Shown here one piece after another: positions 43,833 through 54,719 of a stretch of 64,000 bases of DNA. Each line of letters begins with the position of its first letter. Position 1 is the first letter of the stretch. Under the pieces are notes generated by a model that had not been told where the DNA came from, searched no databases, and saw only the letters and a list, made by a program, of their open reading frames with translations. The DNA is from an uncultured Chloroflexia bacterium (lineage in GTDB: Bacteria; Chloroflexota; Anaerolineae; JAAYZQ01), in assembly GCA_963700285.1 (NCBI GenBank), contig CAVOXA010000014.1, positions 672,001 to 736,000 on the forward strand. The letters are read 5' to 3'. The translations under genes were made by a program, and so were the position numbers.

Positions 43833-46420
43833 TCACTCGTAGCGCAGCGCTTCGGCGGTGAGCATCTTGCCCATCTTGCGCGCCGGGTAGATGCCGGCCA
43901 GCAGGGCGGCGACCACGGCCACGGCCAGCGCCGTCAGGAAGGGCGCCGGGCTCGACCTGCATCTGCAGCGTCCAGCCGAAGGAGCGGCGGTTGATGATAT
44001 AGATCAGGATCAGCGACAGGGCAAAGCCGGTGGGCATGGCCAGCAGGCCGGCGACGGCGCCCATCAGGCCGGTTTCGAGCATCACCAGGCCCCAGAGCTG
44101 GCGGGCGGTTAGACCCACAGCCCGCAGGATGCCCACCTCGCGCTGTTTCTCCAGCAGCAGCGACAGCAGGGCGCTGAGCACGCCGATAAAGGCGACCAGC
44201 GTGGCCAGCAATTGCAGCGCGCCGGTGATGGCAAAGGTGCGGTCAAAGATGACCAGCGCCTCGTCGCGCAGCGCCTGGTTGGGCCGGACAAAAAGGCGCT
44301 GCACCGGCGCCAGCGCATCGCCCAGTTCCCGGGCCACGGCGTCGGCGTCGGCGCCTGGCGCCAGGCGGATGGCCAGGGCGGTGAGTGCCTCGTCGTTCCA
44401 GAACTCGTCGATAGGTGTCCAACGACATGGAGATGGTGCCCCACTGGTCACATAGTCGTAGTAGATGCCGGCCACCGGAAGCTCGCGCGGGCCCTCGGCG
44501 GTGTAGAGCGTGACCGTGCCACCGCGGCGGGGCAGGCCGACCAGGTTGGCGTAGGGCTCGGAGACGACGACCGCGCCAGCCTGCATCGCCGCCCAGATCT
44601 CTTCGGGCGAGAGAGCCGTCGGAGAGGAAGGGCCGGTCACCAAAATCGGGATTGTAGACGCCAAAGACCGAGAACCGGACCGCCGGGCGATTCCACCGTC
44701 GCCGTTCGCAGCAGGTCCACGCGCTCGACGCCGGGCCAGGCCTCGACGATAGGCAGCACCGCCGGGTCCAGCGGCGTGGTGGCCTGGGTCGAGGTACGGC
44801 TGGGCGCCGAGACATAGACGTCGCCCTGCAGCACCTGGTCCAGCCAGGTGACCACCGTGGTGCGAAAGCTGCCGATCATCAGGCTCACGCCGATGGTCAC
44901 CGATACGGCCACCATCAGCGCCGCCACGGCGACGGCCGTGCGGCTGATCGAGGTGACGACGTTGCGCGGGGCCATGCGGCCCAGCGCGCCCCAGATACGC
45001 CCCAGGGGCCGGGTCGCAATGCGCATCAGCAAGCGTGGTCACCAGGGGCGTCAGCGCGGCAAAGGCGACGACGATGGCCAGGGTGCCGGCAAAGCTGACC
45101 GTCAGGCTGCGGGTGGGGATGGCCAGCAGTCCCAGACCCAGGGCAGCCAGGACCAGGCTGCCGACGGCCACCCAGGCGACGGCGCGCCGGGCTTTGCCCT
45201 CCAGGCCGGAGCGGGAGAGGGCGACGCGCGGCGGCACCGAGGCCGCTTCCCAGGCCGGCGGCGCGGCGACCAGCACGGTGGCCAGGATGCCCAGCAGCGC
45301 GCCCTTGACCAGGCTGCTGGCTGGCGATCTCGATCTCCTGCACGGTGACGACGAAGTAGAGGTCGTTGATGGTCTGGGTCACCGCCTGCACCGCGCCCCG
45401 GCCCATGACGATGCCCAGGCCCAGGCCCAGGACGGCGCCCAGGACGCCGACGACGAGCGCCTCGCTGACGACCAGGGCAAAGACCTCGCGGCGGGTGACG
45501 CCCAGGCAGCGCAGCGTGCCAAAGAGCGGTCGGCGCTGGACCACCGAGAAGGTCATGGTGTTGTAGATCAGGAACAGGCCGACGACCAGGGCCAGCAGGC
45601 TGAGGGCCAGCAGGTTGAGGCGGAAGGCCGCCGTCATCTCTTCGATGGTGCCGGCGCGGGCCTCGACCCCCACGATCTGGGCGCCGGCCGGCAGCAGGGC
45701 GCGGAGCTCGTCAGCGACGGCCCCCTCGTCCCCGGGCAGGATCAGGTCGATGCGGTCCAGCCGGCCCAGGCGGCCGGTCAGTTCCTGGGCGGTGGCAATG
45801 TCGGCCAGGATCAGGCCGTCGAGGGTGCGGCGGCTGAGCTCGTCGGCCGGGGTCAGCAGCCCGGCCAGGAAGGCCTGGCGCGGGTAGCCGCCCACCTCCA
45901 GGCTCAGGCGGTCGCCCGGCGCCAGGCCATAGTAGGCGGCAGTGTCCGACGGCCAGCAGGACCGCGCCCGGCCGGGTGAGCAGGGCGGTCAGTTCTCCAG
46001 CGGGCGCCTCGCCTGCGCCCCAGAGATAGTTGCGGAAGGGCGCTTCGGCAAAGGGATCGACGCCCAGCAGTTGGAAGGGCCGGTCGCCGAGCTGCGGCGA
46101 ATAGACATAGTCGGTGACGATCGGGGCGGCCGGGAATGCCGCCGGTGGCCAGCCCCTGGCGGCGCAGTGTCGACGTAGAGCGCCTTCGTCCAGCCCCTGC
46201 GGCCCGGCCGACGATCTGGTGGGTGGCCCGCCCGGCGACCGCGTCGGTGCTGTAGTCAAAGGCGCGGGTGGCGCTGGCGTTGGCCAGGTCCACGGCCACG
46301 GCCACGGCCACGCCCAGGGTGATGCCCAGGACCATCAGGGCGCTCTGCCAGGGGTGGCGCAGCAGGTAGCGCCAGCCGATGTTCCACAGCGTGCGCGAGG
46401 CAAAGGTGGCCGGTCTGCGC

Positions 46421-46428
<8 letters not shown>
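43833..46428 (-). CDS. FtsX/MacB-type ABC permease (indels)
   Basis: [37 protein letters not shown]. Confidence 0.85.
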
Positions 46429-47121
<693 letters not shown>

Positions 47122-47127
47122 CGACGT

Positions 47128-47763
47128 TCACAAGTCCAGCAGGCCACGATGGCCATCGCGGCAGGCGGCCAAGATCCGCTCAGCCGCCTCGTCGGGGCTC
47201 ATGGCCCCAGCCGGCAGTTTGAAAGGCACCTTATCCCACAAGGGGGTATCCACGGCAGCCGGACGCACCAAAGTGACCCGGCGCTTGCGCTCCTCCTTGG
47301 CCAGGACCTCGACAAAGGCCTCGAGTCCGGCTTTGGCAGCCGCGTAGGCCGATAGGCGGGGCAGGCGCATCCGCTCGCTGATGGCGCCCAGGAAGATGAG
47401 GCTGGCGTCAGCCGCCAGTAGTGGTAGACTATGGTGCACGGTCAGGTAGGCGCCGACCAGATTGGCATCCAGGATGCGCTGCCAGGACTCGGGCGTCGCC
47501 TGGGCCACCTTGCTAGCGACGATGTCGCCCGCGGCGTAGATCCACAGGTCGATCTGATCCACCCTCTCACCGGCCTCCCCTACCGCGCCCTCTACGGCAG
47601 CTGCGTCGGAAAGGTCGACCTCGAATAGGTCGGACGTCACATCAGCTAGGCCCGTTGTGTGCCGGCCCAGGGCCAGCACTCGCCATCCCTCATTTCCAAG
47701 CTGGGAGGCCAGCGCCCGGCCAATGCCGCCGCCCGCGCCCCAGACCATCGCGTTCTTTTTCAT
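47128..47763 (-). CDS. SDR family oxidoreductase
   Basis: WGAGGGIG, YAAAK. Confidence 0.85.
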   Translation of the reverse strand: MKKNAMVWGAGGGIGRALASQLGNEGWRVLALGRHTTGLADVTSDLFEVDLSDAAAVEGAVGEAGERVDQIDLWIYAAGDIVASKVAQATPESWQRILDANLVGAYLTVHHSLPLLAADASLIFLGAISERMRLPRLSAYAAAKAGLEAFVEVLAKEERKRRVTLVRPAAVDTPLWDKVPFKLPAGAMSPDEAAERILAACRDGHRGLLDL

Positions 47764-47778
47764 GGTTTCTCTCCCCAA

Positions 47779-49233
47779 TTAGCCAGGCCAGACAGGTTCG
47801 CGGACCTTGCCAAAAAACTCGATGGCCCGATCTCGCGCCCATCCGTGGTCCAGGATTGGGGCTGGATAGTCCAGCCCGATGATACAGTTAGTTCGGCGTT
47901 GGACATCCTCGGGCATGGTCCATGGCTCGTGGATGTAGTCAGCAGGCACGCCAGCCAGCTCGGGCAGCCAACGGCGCACGAAAACGCCTTCCGGATCGTA
48001 CATACGGCCCTGCAGGCCCGGGTTCAGAATGCCCAGGTAGGGGGCCGGGCCACTGCCCGTGCCAGCCGCCCGCTGCCAGCCCTCGCTGTTCGATGCCGGG
48101 TCGCCATCCAGCAAATGCTGCATGAAGAACCGCTCGCCCCAACGCCAGTCAACCAGCAGGTCTTTGGACAGGAAGGAGGCCACAACCTGGCGCGCCCGGT
48201 TGTGCAACCATCCTGCCTGAACTAGCTGGCGCATGGCGGCATCCACCAGCGGATAGCCGGTCCGGCCCTGGGCCCAGGCATCGAACGCCGCCAGATCGTT
48301 TTCCCAGGGCACGTTGCGATACTCTTCACGGAATCCCTGGCTCCGGGCCCGAGGGCAGTGGTACGCCATCGAAATGGAAAACTCGCGCCGTATGAGTGCA
48401 TCCAGCCAAAGCTCAGCGCTGTATCGCGCCTCCGCATCCGGGGCGGCGTCCATGGCACTGAGCACGCTTACCACTGCTTGGCGAGCAGAGACCATCCCCT
48501 GGTTTATGTATGGAGATAGCTCCGACGTACCCTCCACATCCAGCCGGTTCCGCATTTCGTCGTAGTGGTATATCGGCGCCAGGCGCTTGGGTTGATCCCC
48601 ATCAACCCAGTCCACAAAGGCTTTCAATCGCCTTTGTGCCTCGGCTTCACCCGGCTGGAAGGGAACGAGTGAGGACAGCTCAGGAACCCTTGGAATTGGA
48701 AAGCTTAGAACATCGGGCGGTGGGGATAGCTGCGTTGGAGGCGGGAGCACGTCAAGCACCAGCGGCTGCGCCAGCGCCTTCCACGCCTTCCTGAAGGGGG
48801 TAAAGACGGTGTAGGGCAGCCCATCACCCTGACGCAGTGCATCCGGTGGATGGACGGTCAGACCCCGCGTAAGGTGAAGGGGCAAGGTCCTGGTCAGTTC
48901 GGCATCCCGCCTTCTGGTGTCAAGGGCATGCGCTGCTTCAGCAAAGATGGCGGTCGCTCCTATCTCACTCCACAGCGCAGCCAGCTCTTCTTGCGGCTCA
49001 CCGCTGCGGACGATCAGCCGGCTGCCCCGGGAGCGCAGGTCGTTGTCTAGCCCTCGGAGACCGGCCAGCAGGAAGGCAAGCTTCTTATCATTCGAGTCTG
49101 GTCCGGCCAACACTTCCTCTTCAAGTATATACACAGGCACGACGCGATCGGCGTCTGCCAGGGCGGCAGCCAGGGCCTGATTGTCACTCAGGCGCAGGTC
49201 GCGACGTACCCACCAAAGCGCAGTCGTCGTCAT
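47779..49233 (-). CDS. Photolyase/cryptochrome-family paralog lacking CPD-binding residues (intact, 484 aa)
   Basis: WVRRDLRLSDN, SELSPY, HNRARQ, DWRWG, DGDPASN; but DALIRREFS, GWQR, LGILNP. Confidence 0.9.
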   Translation of the reverse strand: MTTTALWWVRRDLRLSDNQALAAALADADRVVPVYILEEEVLAGPDSNDKKLAFLLAGLRGLDNDLRSRGSRLIVRSGEPQEELAALWSEIGATAIFAEAAHALDTRRRDAELTRTLPLHLTRGLTVHPPDALRQGDGLPYTVFTPFRKAWKALAQPLVLDVLPPPTQLSPPPDVLSFPIPRVPELSSLVPFQPGEAEAQRRLKAFVDWVDGDQPKRLAPIYHYDEMRNRLDVEGTSELSPYINQGMVSARQAVVSVLSAMDAAPDAEARYSAELWLDALIRREFSISMAYHCPRARSQGFREEYRNVPWENDLAAFDAWAQGRTGYPLVDAAMRQLVQAGWLHNRARQVVASFLSKDLLVDWRWGERFFMQHLLDGDPASNSEGWQRAAGTGSGPAPYLGILNPGLQGRMYDPEGVFVRRWLPELAGVPADYIHEPWTMPEDVQRRTNCIIGLDYPAPILDHGWARDRAIEFFGKVREPVWPG

Positions 49234-49267
49234 AGCATGATCCAGCCTTCTAGGGTCTGAAGAACAA

Positions 49268-49378
49268 TCACTTCTGATGGTCCTTTCCGCGCAGTTCAGA
49301 AATCGCAGCGATGGTCAGTGGTCCGATCGCGGCAACAGTGGCCAACAGACCCAACACAAAGATAAATGCATCGCTCAT
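49268..49378 (-). CDS. 36-aa hydrophobic micro-protein (copy B)
   Basis: MSDAFIFVLGLLATVAAIGPLTIAAISELRGKDHQK. Confidence 0.7.
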   Translation of the reverse strand: MSDAFIFVLGLLATVAAIGPLTIAAISELRGKDHQK

Positions 49379-49554
49379 GTCCGCCCCCTCCACGCCAGTA
49401 CAAAGGCGCCGAAGGCAAGAATCGAGGGCACCCAAATACCCACAAAGATGCCCTGCTCCTTCGAGCCAGTGAACCAAAGGAATGTCGACAGCAAAAAAGA
49501 CATGCCAGCTGCTACAAGAATGCTATATCGGCTGATTCGCCACCACTTGTTCAT
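49375..49554 (-). CDS. 59-aa two-TM micro-protein (copy B)
   Basis: MNKWWRISRYSILVAAGMSFLLSTFLWFTGSKEQGIFVGIWVPSILAFGAFVLAWRGRT; SD GAGGAG. Confidence 0.75.
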   Translation of the reverse strand: MNKWWRISRYSILVAAGMSFLLSTFLWFTGSKEQGIFVGIWVPSILAFGAFVLAWRGRT

Positions 49555-49691
49555 TGCTTCCTACTCCTCTTCCTTTTTTGACTATTGCTGGACGCACCGC
49601 TTGCACCGCAGATTGCGGTGACCTGCGCTCCCATTTCCTGTTGCTGCGTTAAAGCCCGCAGAGACTACTAGTCTTTCTTCCATGCTCTAGC

Positions 49692-49731
49692 ATCATAGCA
49701 TATTGTCATAGTTTTGTCAAGTATTTGAAGA
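49692..49731 (-). promoter_or_regulatory. Sigma70 promoter with three 11-bp-phased repeats
   Basis: TTGACA-17bp-TATGAT; TCTTCA/TTGACA/ATGACA at 11-bp period. Confidence 0.7.
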
Positions 49732-49931
49732 ATTTTTTGCGTTAGAACTGCGTTAAACCTTGACAGGGACTGGACGTCGGGGCGCAGTGTCCACCAATTC
49801 CTCCCCATCAAGCGGTGGCCGCATACTCCACCTTGCGCAAAACTGGTCTATTCTAGCCTGCTTTCTGAAAGACCAAAGAAATTCGAGATTCCGGTCCCGA
49901 TGAGATTCCGGGCGAAAGGAGCCAGTCAGTG

Positions 49932-50347
49932 GTGATCACAAAAGAGCAGCCAGTGGGAAAGCTGAGCAAAGATCTGGCCTGGGAGTGCGCCACATTGACC
50001 TAGTACGTGATGCACTCCTCATCATCACAGGTGCAGAGCACGAGTCGATGATCCAGGCGCTCAACCACACCAACGAAGATTTGGGGCACGCCGTCGCGCT
50101 ATCCGACCAAATCGATTTCCTGAGGGGATGCCTGGCGGTAGAAGTAGAAAAGACTGAGACGTCGAGCGACAGCACCGAGATGCTCGAGGAGGATTTGGCA
50201 GGCGAGCTCAACGCGATTTCCCGCTTCAAGGAGCGGATCGCTGAGGCTGAGCCACTACAAGAGTAGGCACTCAGGCGTAACCTACAGGACATCTCGATCT
50301 TTGAGGAGGAACACGCCCGGGATCTTCTGACCACGCTTGGTACGTAG
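49932..50347 (+). pseudogene. Bacterioferritin-like pseudogene (copy B)
   Basis: ITKEQ..KDLAWE..*YV, MLEEDLAGE, QE*, EEEHARDL; two in-frame stops plus an indel. Confidence 0.75.
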
Positions 50348-50477
50348 GCGATTTGCAGAAAACGAGACCACACCGGACTGATGCTGTCCCAACTCAACAG
50401 CCCCATTCAGTCCGGCAAGTCAACAGGATAAAGGAGGCCCGTGCCCCCAACACGGCAGCACAAGCGGCCAAGACAGG

Positions 50478-50516
50478 AAAAGAGGTGATTCTGCCGAGAA
50501 GCAGAATCACCTCTTT
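50478..50516. terminator. Bidirectional intrinsic terminator
   Basis: AAAAGAGGTGATTCTGC-CGAGAA-GCAGAATCACCTCTTT. Confidence 0.75.
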
Positions 50517-50532
50517 AAAAGAAGGAGAAGAC

Positions 50533-51345
50533 CTAGTCTTTGATGCTGACCTCAGCCTGACGATTCCGGAGGAAAAAGCTTCCGGCTACCAAGGCCAGGC
50601 CCGCACCCAGGGCAGCCAGCAGCCAAGGGTTCGCGGTCTGACCACCAGTCGTCGGTAAGCTGGCTGGAGGAGCCGCGTCGTAGCTAGCATCTACGCTGGG
50701 CACCGCCGTCAGAGCTGGCTCACCACCGGCCAATCCCATGGCAAAGATGGTGTAAACATTCCCATCTTCTAGCATCACCCCAGGCACACTCAGGGCCACA
50801 GTTTCGGTCCCGGCCAGACGAGCTTCCAGATCATAGGTACCAGCGTCGACCGGCAGGTAATCGCCCGTGCCCTTGAATGGCACATTGGAGAAGAGTACAG
50901 GACCACCGTTCGCAACCGCGATGTCAACGGCTGGGGCATCGGGTGAGGCGTGGACAAAACGCACGTGAGCCTTGCCCGCTTCAGGGGCGCTGTTGTTGTC
51001 GATCAGGACCAGCGGCTCAATGCTCTCCAGCGTACCCACAGCGACGACCGTATAGTCGGTTTGAGCGGCCAGATCAAGGTCGGCATCGATGACAATCGGT
51101 TCCGTTGCGCCGGTAGGGGACACCTGGACGTTGTACGTACCAGCCTCGAGGGCGGCATAATCTGTGATACCCTTGAACGGGGCATTGCCAAATGCTACGC
51201 TGCCGTTAACCCAGACGTCGACTGCCGGGGCATCGGGTGAGGCGTGCACGACGCGCACGCGGGTTTCTTGACCCTGCGCGAAAGCACTAGTGGCCAGGAC
51301 CAGACTGAGTACCAAGACGGCGGATACTGCAAACAAGCGTTTCAT
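50533..51345 (-). CDS. DUF4397 surface protein with LPXTG sorting signal (copy B)
   Basis: Signal peptide, two HASPDAPAVD repeats, LPTTG + TM + RNR. Confidence 0.9.
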   Translation of the reverse strand: MKRLFAVSAVLVLSLVLATSAFAQGQETRVRVVHASPDAPAVDVWVNGSVAFGNAPFKGITDYAALEAGTYNVQVSPTGATEPIVIDADLDLAAQTDYTVVAVGTLESIEPLVLIDNNSAPEAGKAHVRFVHASPDAPAVDIAVANGGPVLFSNVPFKGTGDYLPVDAGTYDLEARLAGTETVALSVPGVMLEDGNVYTIFAMGLAGGEPALTAVPSVDASYDAAPPASLPTTGGQTANPWLLAALGAGLALVAGSFFLRNRQAEVSIKD

Positions 51346-51388
51346 TTCTACCTCCAAGCAGATATGGTTTTTTGAAATTCTTGAGGCG

Positions 51389-51439
51389 AGTATAGCACAA
51401 CAAGATTATTTTGTCAAGTATTTGCACATATTTCTTACA
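51389..51439 (-). promoter_or_regulatory. Sigma70 promoter with 11-bp-phased repeats (copy B)
   Basis: TTGACA-17bp-TATACT; TGTAAG/TGTGCA/TTGACA at 11-bp period. Confidence 0.7.
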
Positions 51440-51627
51440 GCTTTCTAATGCTGTGGCAAGCTTAACTATCTAGTATCTGCAGAAATCAAATGATAGAGGA
51501 AGACTCTTGCTGATATCCCCCTGAGAACTGGCCTGCGAACAGCGCTACATCAGAGCCCCCCCTGGCTGCATCCTGCAACTTTGGGATCAAGGGGCGCGGC
51601 ACAGTGTTTTGTCTGGGTATGCCTTAG

Positions 51628-53874
51628 CTAGGAGGCCAGGGCCGCCTTGACACGCTCCGGCGTCATGGGCAGGCGCCGGAGCCGGACGCCTGTCAGAGCA
51701 AAAAGTGCATTGCCAATGGCAGGGGCAATCGGGCCGATGGATGGCTCACCAAGGCCTCGTGGTTTCCCATCGGGTGCATCAAGCAGGATCGTTTCCACAT
51801 CAGGCGCATCAGCCATTCTGATCAGCGGATAGCGGTCAAAGTTCCCCGCTTGCACCCGGCCATCCTTGACGGTGATCTCTTCCAAGAGCGCAGCGCTGGT
51901 TCCCATCACGATAGAGCCCTCGATCTGGGCCGCGGCACCATCAGGATTGATGGTGCGCCCGGCATCCACGGCAGCCACCACCTGGTGAACGCGAATCTGG
52001 CCCGAGTCCCGGTCCAGCGACACCTGGGCCACCTCCGCGACTACGGTGCCACCATCGTTGCTACAGGCAATGCCCTGCGCTCGACCCTCGGGCTGGCCTT
52101 CTCCCCAGCCGGCCCGTTCCGCGGCTGCTTTCAGGACAGCGCCCATGCGCTGTCCCAACGCATCCTCCGGCAAGTGCGCCAGGCGGAAGAGCAGAGGATC
52201 CACACCAGCCTCATGCGCCAGTTCATCGACAAAGCTCTCGAGGGCAAAGACATTGGCCATCAGACCCAGACCGCGCCAGGAACCGGTAGGGATCGGCATG
52301 GGCCGTCTCCAGGCTGTCGTGTCCCGGTGGGCGATATCATAGAGGATCTGGGCGCCGCGTGTGGAACCAAAATCGAAACCCAGCACCTTGCCAACCGGGC
52401 CGGGAAAGCCACCCAAAAGGGCATCTCCGCTGGCCTGCTCATGCCGCAGAGCGGCGATCCGCCCCTGACCGTCGAGGACAGCACTCAGTTGGTGGTGTGT
52501 GAGAGGGCGCACAAAACCATCGCGCATCTCCTCAGAACGATCCCAGCCAACATGTACGGGAGCGGCCACCGCCCTAGAGAGCCGGGCAGCCTCGACAGCA
52601 GGGCTGGGCACTGGCGCGAGTTCGATTTTTCTCCCAAAGCCTCCGCCCAGGTACATCGGGATGATCTCGATCTGCTCAGGCTCCAGGTCCAGGGCCGCGG
52701 CTACCTCCCGACGGGAGGTGATTTCGAACTGGGTGGAGGTCCACACCCGACCTCTTTCCGGACCCACGATGGCCAGGGCGGCCTGGGGCTCCATGGGGGC
52801 GTGCGTAGCCATGCCGCTGCGATACTCCGCCGTGATAGGTGTGCCGCGGCTCAGAAGGGAAGCTGCATCCCCCTCCCGCTGGATATTCACCCCGCCACGA
52901 CCACCAACAGTGACCTGCTCTTCCAGTTCTTCCTGCTGCCAAAGGTAACCCTGGTCCCATTCGACCTCCAGGGCATTGCGGGCTGCCCAGGCCTGGAGGC
53001 GCGACTCTGCCACCACGCCGGCAAAGCCGTCCTCGATCACGACCTCGATGACGCCGGGCATACTTGCTGCTTCGCCGGGCCGGGCTGACAGCATCTCCGC
53101 ACCTATCGTCGGCCGGTGGACGGCAGCTCCATAGAGCACCCCCTCGGCACGAGCGTCGTAGCCAAAGACGGCCTCGCCCGTAATCTTGCTGGGCAGGTCG
53201 ACGCGGGGCAGAGACTGGCCAATGTACCATTGCTCGCTTGCTGGCTTGAGCGGGACGTCTCCTTCTGGAACCTGCCACATTACATCCTTCCCTACTAGCT
53301 CCCCATAGGTCACACCGACCTGGGGATCAGAGATCAGCTCTATGGCGCCTTGCCGGGCCACCAGGTTTTCTAGAGGCTGGTTCAGCTTGCGTGCGGCCTC
53401 GGCGCGCAGCATTTCGCGCAGTGTAGCCGCCGCCTGGCGCAGCGGATCGTAGAGGGTTGTCACCGACATACTGCCGCTTGTGCCGCGAAAGCTCTCGTCG
53501 GCCTGGCTGGTGCTTGCGTGCCGGACCTCCAACTGATCCCAGGCGATCTCCAACTCATCGGCTGCGATCTGCGCCAGGGCGGTGTGAATGCCCTGCCCCA
53601 TCTCCGCCTTGGGCACATTGAGCAGGACACGACCTTCAGGATAGACCTCGAACCAGAGCAAGGGATCGAGGGTGCCCGAGGCAAAACCACCCGCATCCCC
53701 CTCGGTCAGCCCAGCCGCGGCTCGCCGCAGATGTGGCAAGCCCATGGGGATGCCCAGGGCTAGTGCGGCGCCAGTCGTCGCCATCCCAACCAAGAATCCA
53801 CGCCGGCTGATGTACCACTTGCGCTCGTCTTTGTCCGCAAGCTCACTGGTCTGCTGGCCCTGCCGATCGCTCAC
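51628..53874 (-). CDS. Xanthine dehydrogenase family Mo-cofactor subunit (IorB-like), Tat signal, intact
   Basis: ISRRGFL, KAEMGQG, TSGSMS, HAPMEP, WRGLG, GLGEP. Confidence 0.9.
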   Translation of the reverse strand: MSDRQGQQTSELADKDERKWYISRRGFLVGMATTGAALALGIPMGLPHLRRAAAGLTEGDAGGFASGTLDPLLWFEVYPEGRVLLNVPKAEMGQGIHTALAQIAADELEIAWDQLEVRHASTSQADESFRGTSGSMSVTTLYDPLRQAAATLREMLRAEAARKLNQPLENLVARQGAIELISDPQVGVTYGELVGKDVMWQVPEGDVPLKPASEQWYIGQSLPRVDLPSKITGEAVFGYDARAEGVLYGAAVHRPTIGAEMLSARPGEAASMPGVIEVVIEDGFAGVVAESRLQAWAARNALEVEWDQGYLWQQEELEEQVTVGGRGGVNIQREGDAASLLSRGTPITAEYRSGMATHAPMEPQAALAIVGPERGRVWTSTQFEITSRREVAAALDLEPEQIEIIPMYLGGGFGRKIELAPVPSPAVEAARLSRAVAAPVHVGWDRSEEMRDGFVRPLTHHQLSAVLDGQGRIAALRHEQASGDALLGGFPGPVGKVLGFDFGSTRGAQILYDIAHRDTTAWRRPMPIPTGSWRGLGLMANVFALESFVDELAHEAGVDPLLFRLAHLPEDALGQRMGAVLKAAAERAGWGEGQPEGRAQGIACSNDGGTVVAEVAQVSLDRDSGQIRVHQVVAAVDAGRTINPDGAAAQIEGSIVMGTSAALLEEITVKDGRVQAGNFDRYPLIRMADAPDVETILLDAPDGKPRGLGEPSIGPIAPAIGNALFALTGVRLRRLPMTPERVKAALAS

Positions 53875-54362
53875 ATTGCACCCCCACTCGAGGCTGGTTC
53901 CTCCGCAGTTGTCATCTCGGCGGCCGCGCGACCAACCGCCCGCTTGATGCGGCCGTAGGCGCCACAACGGCAATAGTTGGCACTCATGCCCGCAACGACC
54001 TCCTCTTCTGTGGGATTCGGATTGCCTTCCAGCAGTGCGACTGCCCTCATCATCTGGCCGCTCATGCACCAACCGCACTGCTGTACCTGCTCATCCAGAA
54101 ATGCCTGCTGCACCGGATGAAGCTCCCCGTCGCTGGCCAATCCCTCGATGGTCCGGATGGCTTTGCCCTCGGCTGAGGACAGTGTGGTGATGCACGAGCG
54201 TACCACCTTGCCATCCAAGTGCACTTCGCAGGAACCGCAGATCCCCACACCGCATCCGAATTTGGTACCTGTCAGTCCCAACTCGTCGCGCAGAACCCAT
54301 AACAACGGGCGGTCAGGCTCCTTTTCTACTTGATAGGTAGTGCCATTGACCATAATTTCCAC
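53871..54362 (-). CDS. (2Fe-2S)-binding small subunit (IorA-like), copy B
   Basis: Same Cys motifs as copy A; GTG start downstream of SD. Confidence 0.92.
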   Translation of the reverse strand: MEIMVNGTTYQVEKEPDRPLLWVLRDELGLTGTKFGCGVGICGSCEVHLDGKVVRSCITTLSSAEGKAIRTIEGLASDGELHPVQQAFLDEQVQQCGWCMSGQMMRAVALLEGNPNPTEEEVVAGMSANYCRCGAYGRIKRAVGRAAAEMTTAEEPASSGGAM

Positions 54363-54418
54363 AGAACGCCCTCCCTTTTGGCGATACACGCCAGATGTAG
54401 GACTTTGGCCGCCTTCCA

Positions 54419-54550
54419 TCACAGAATGCCAGCGCTCACGGCGATACCCACACCGAGCAACAAGCCCACAAGAATGCCAGTCAGCGCGCCCAGCACAGAG
54501 CCCAGGCTCACACCTACGGCACGCTGCAAACATCCCCTGCCTTCTTCCAT
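54419..54550 (-). CDS. 43-aa Gly-rich membrane micro-protein (copy B)
   Basis: MEEGRGCLQRAVGVSLGSVLGALTGILVGLLLGVGIAVSAGIL; SD GAGGAG. Confidence 0.6.
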   Translation of the reverse strand: MEEGRGCLQRAVGVSLGSVLGALTGILVGLLLGVGIAVSAGIL

Positions 54551-54719
54551 CGTATGCTCTCCTCGAGGCGCCGCCCAACGCAGCGATGATACCCGGCTCC
54601 CAGTCGTCCCATGCCCCCACCCATGGGCCCATGAGAACCAGGACACTTTGTCACCTAATCATCCTTTTTCCTACACCACTCTAGCAGTTCCGCCCGAGGA
54701 CAGGATTTGCCCATCGAAG

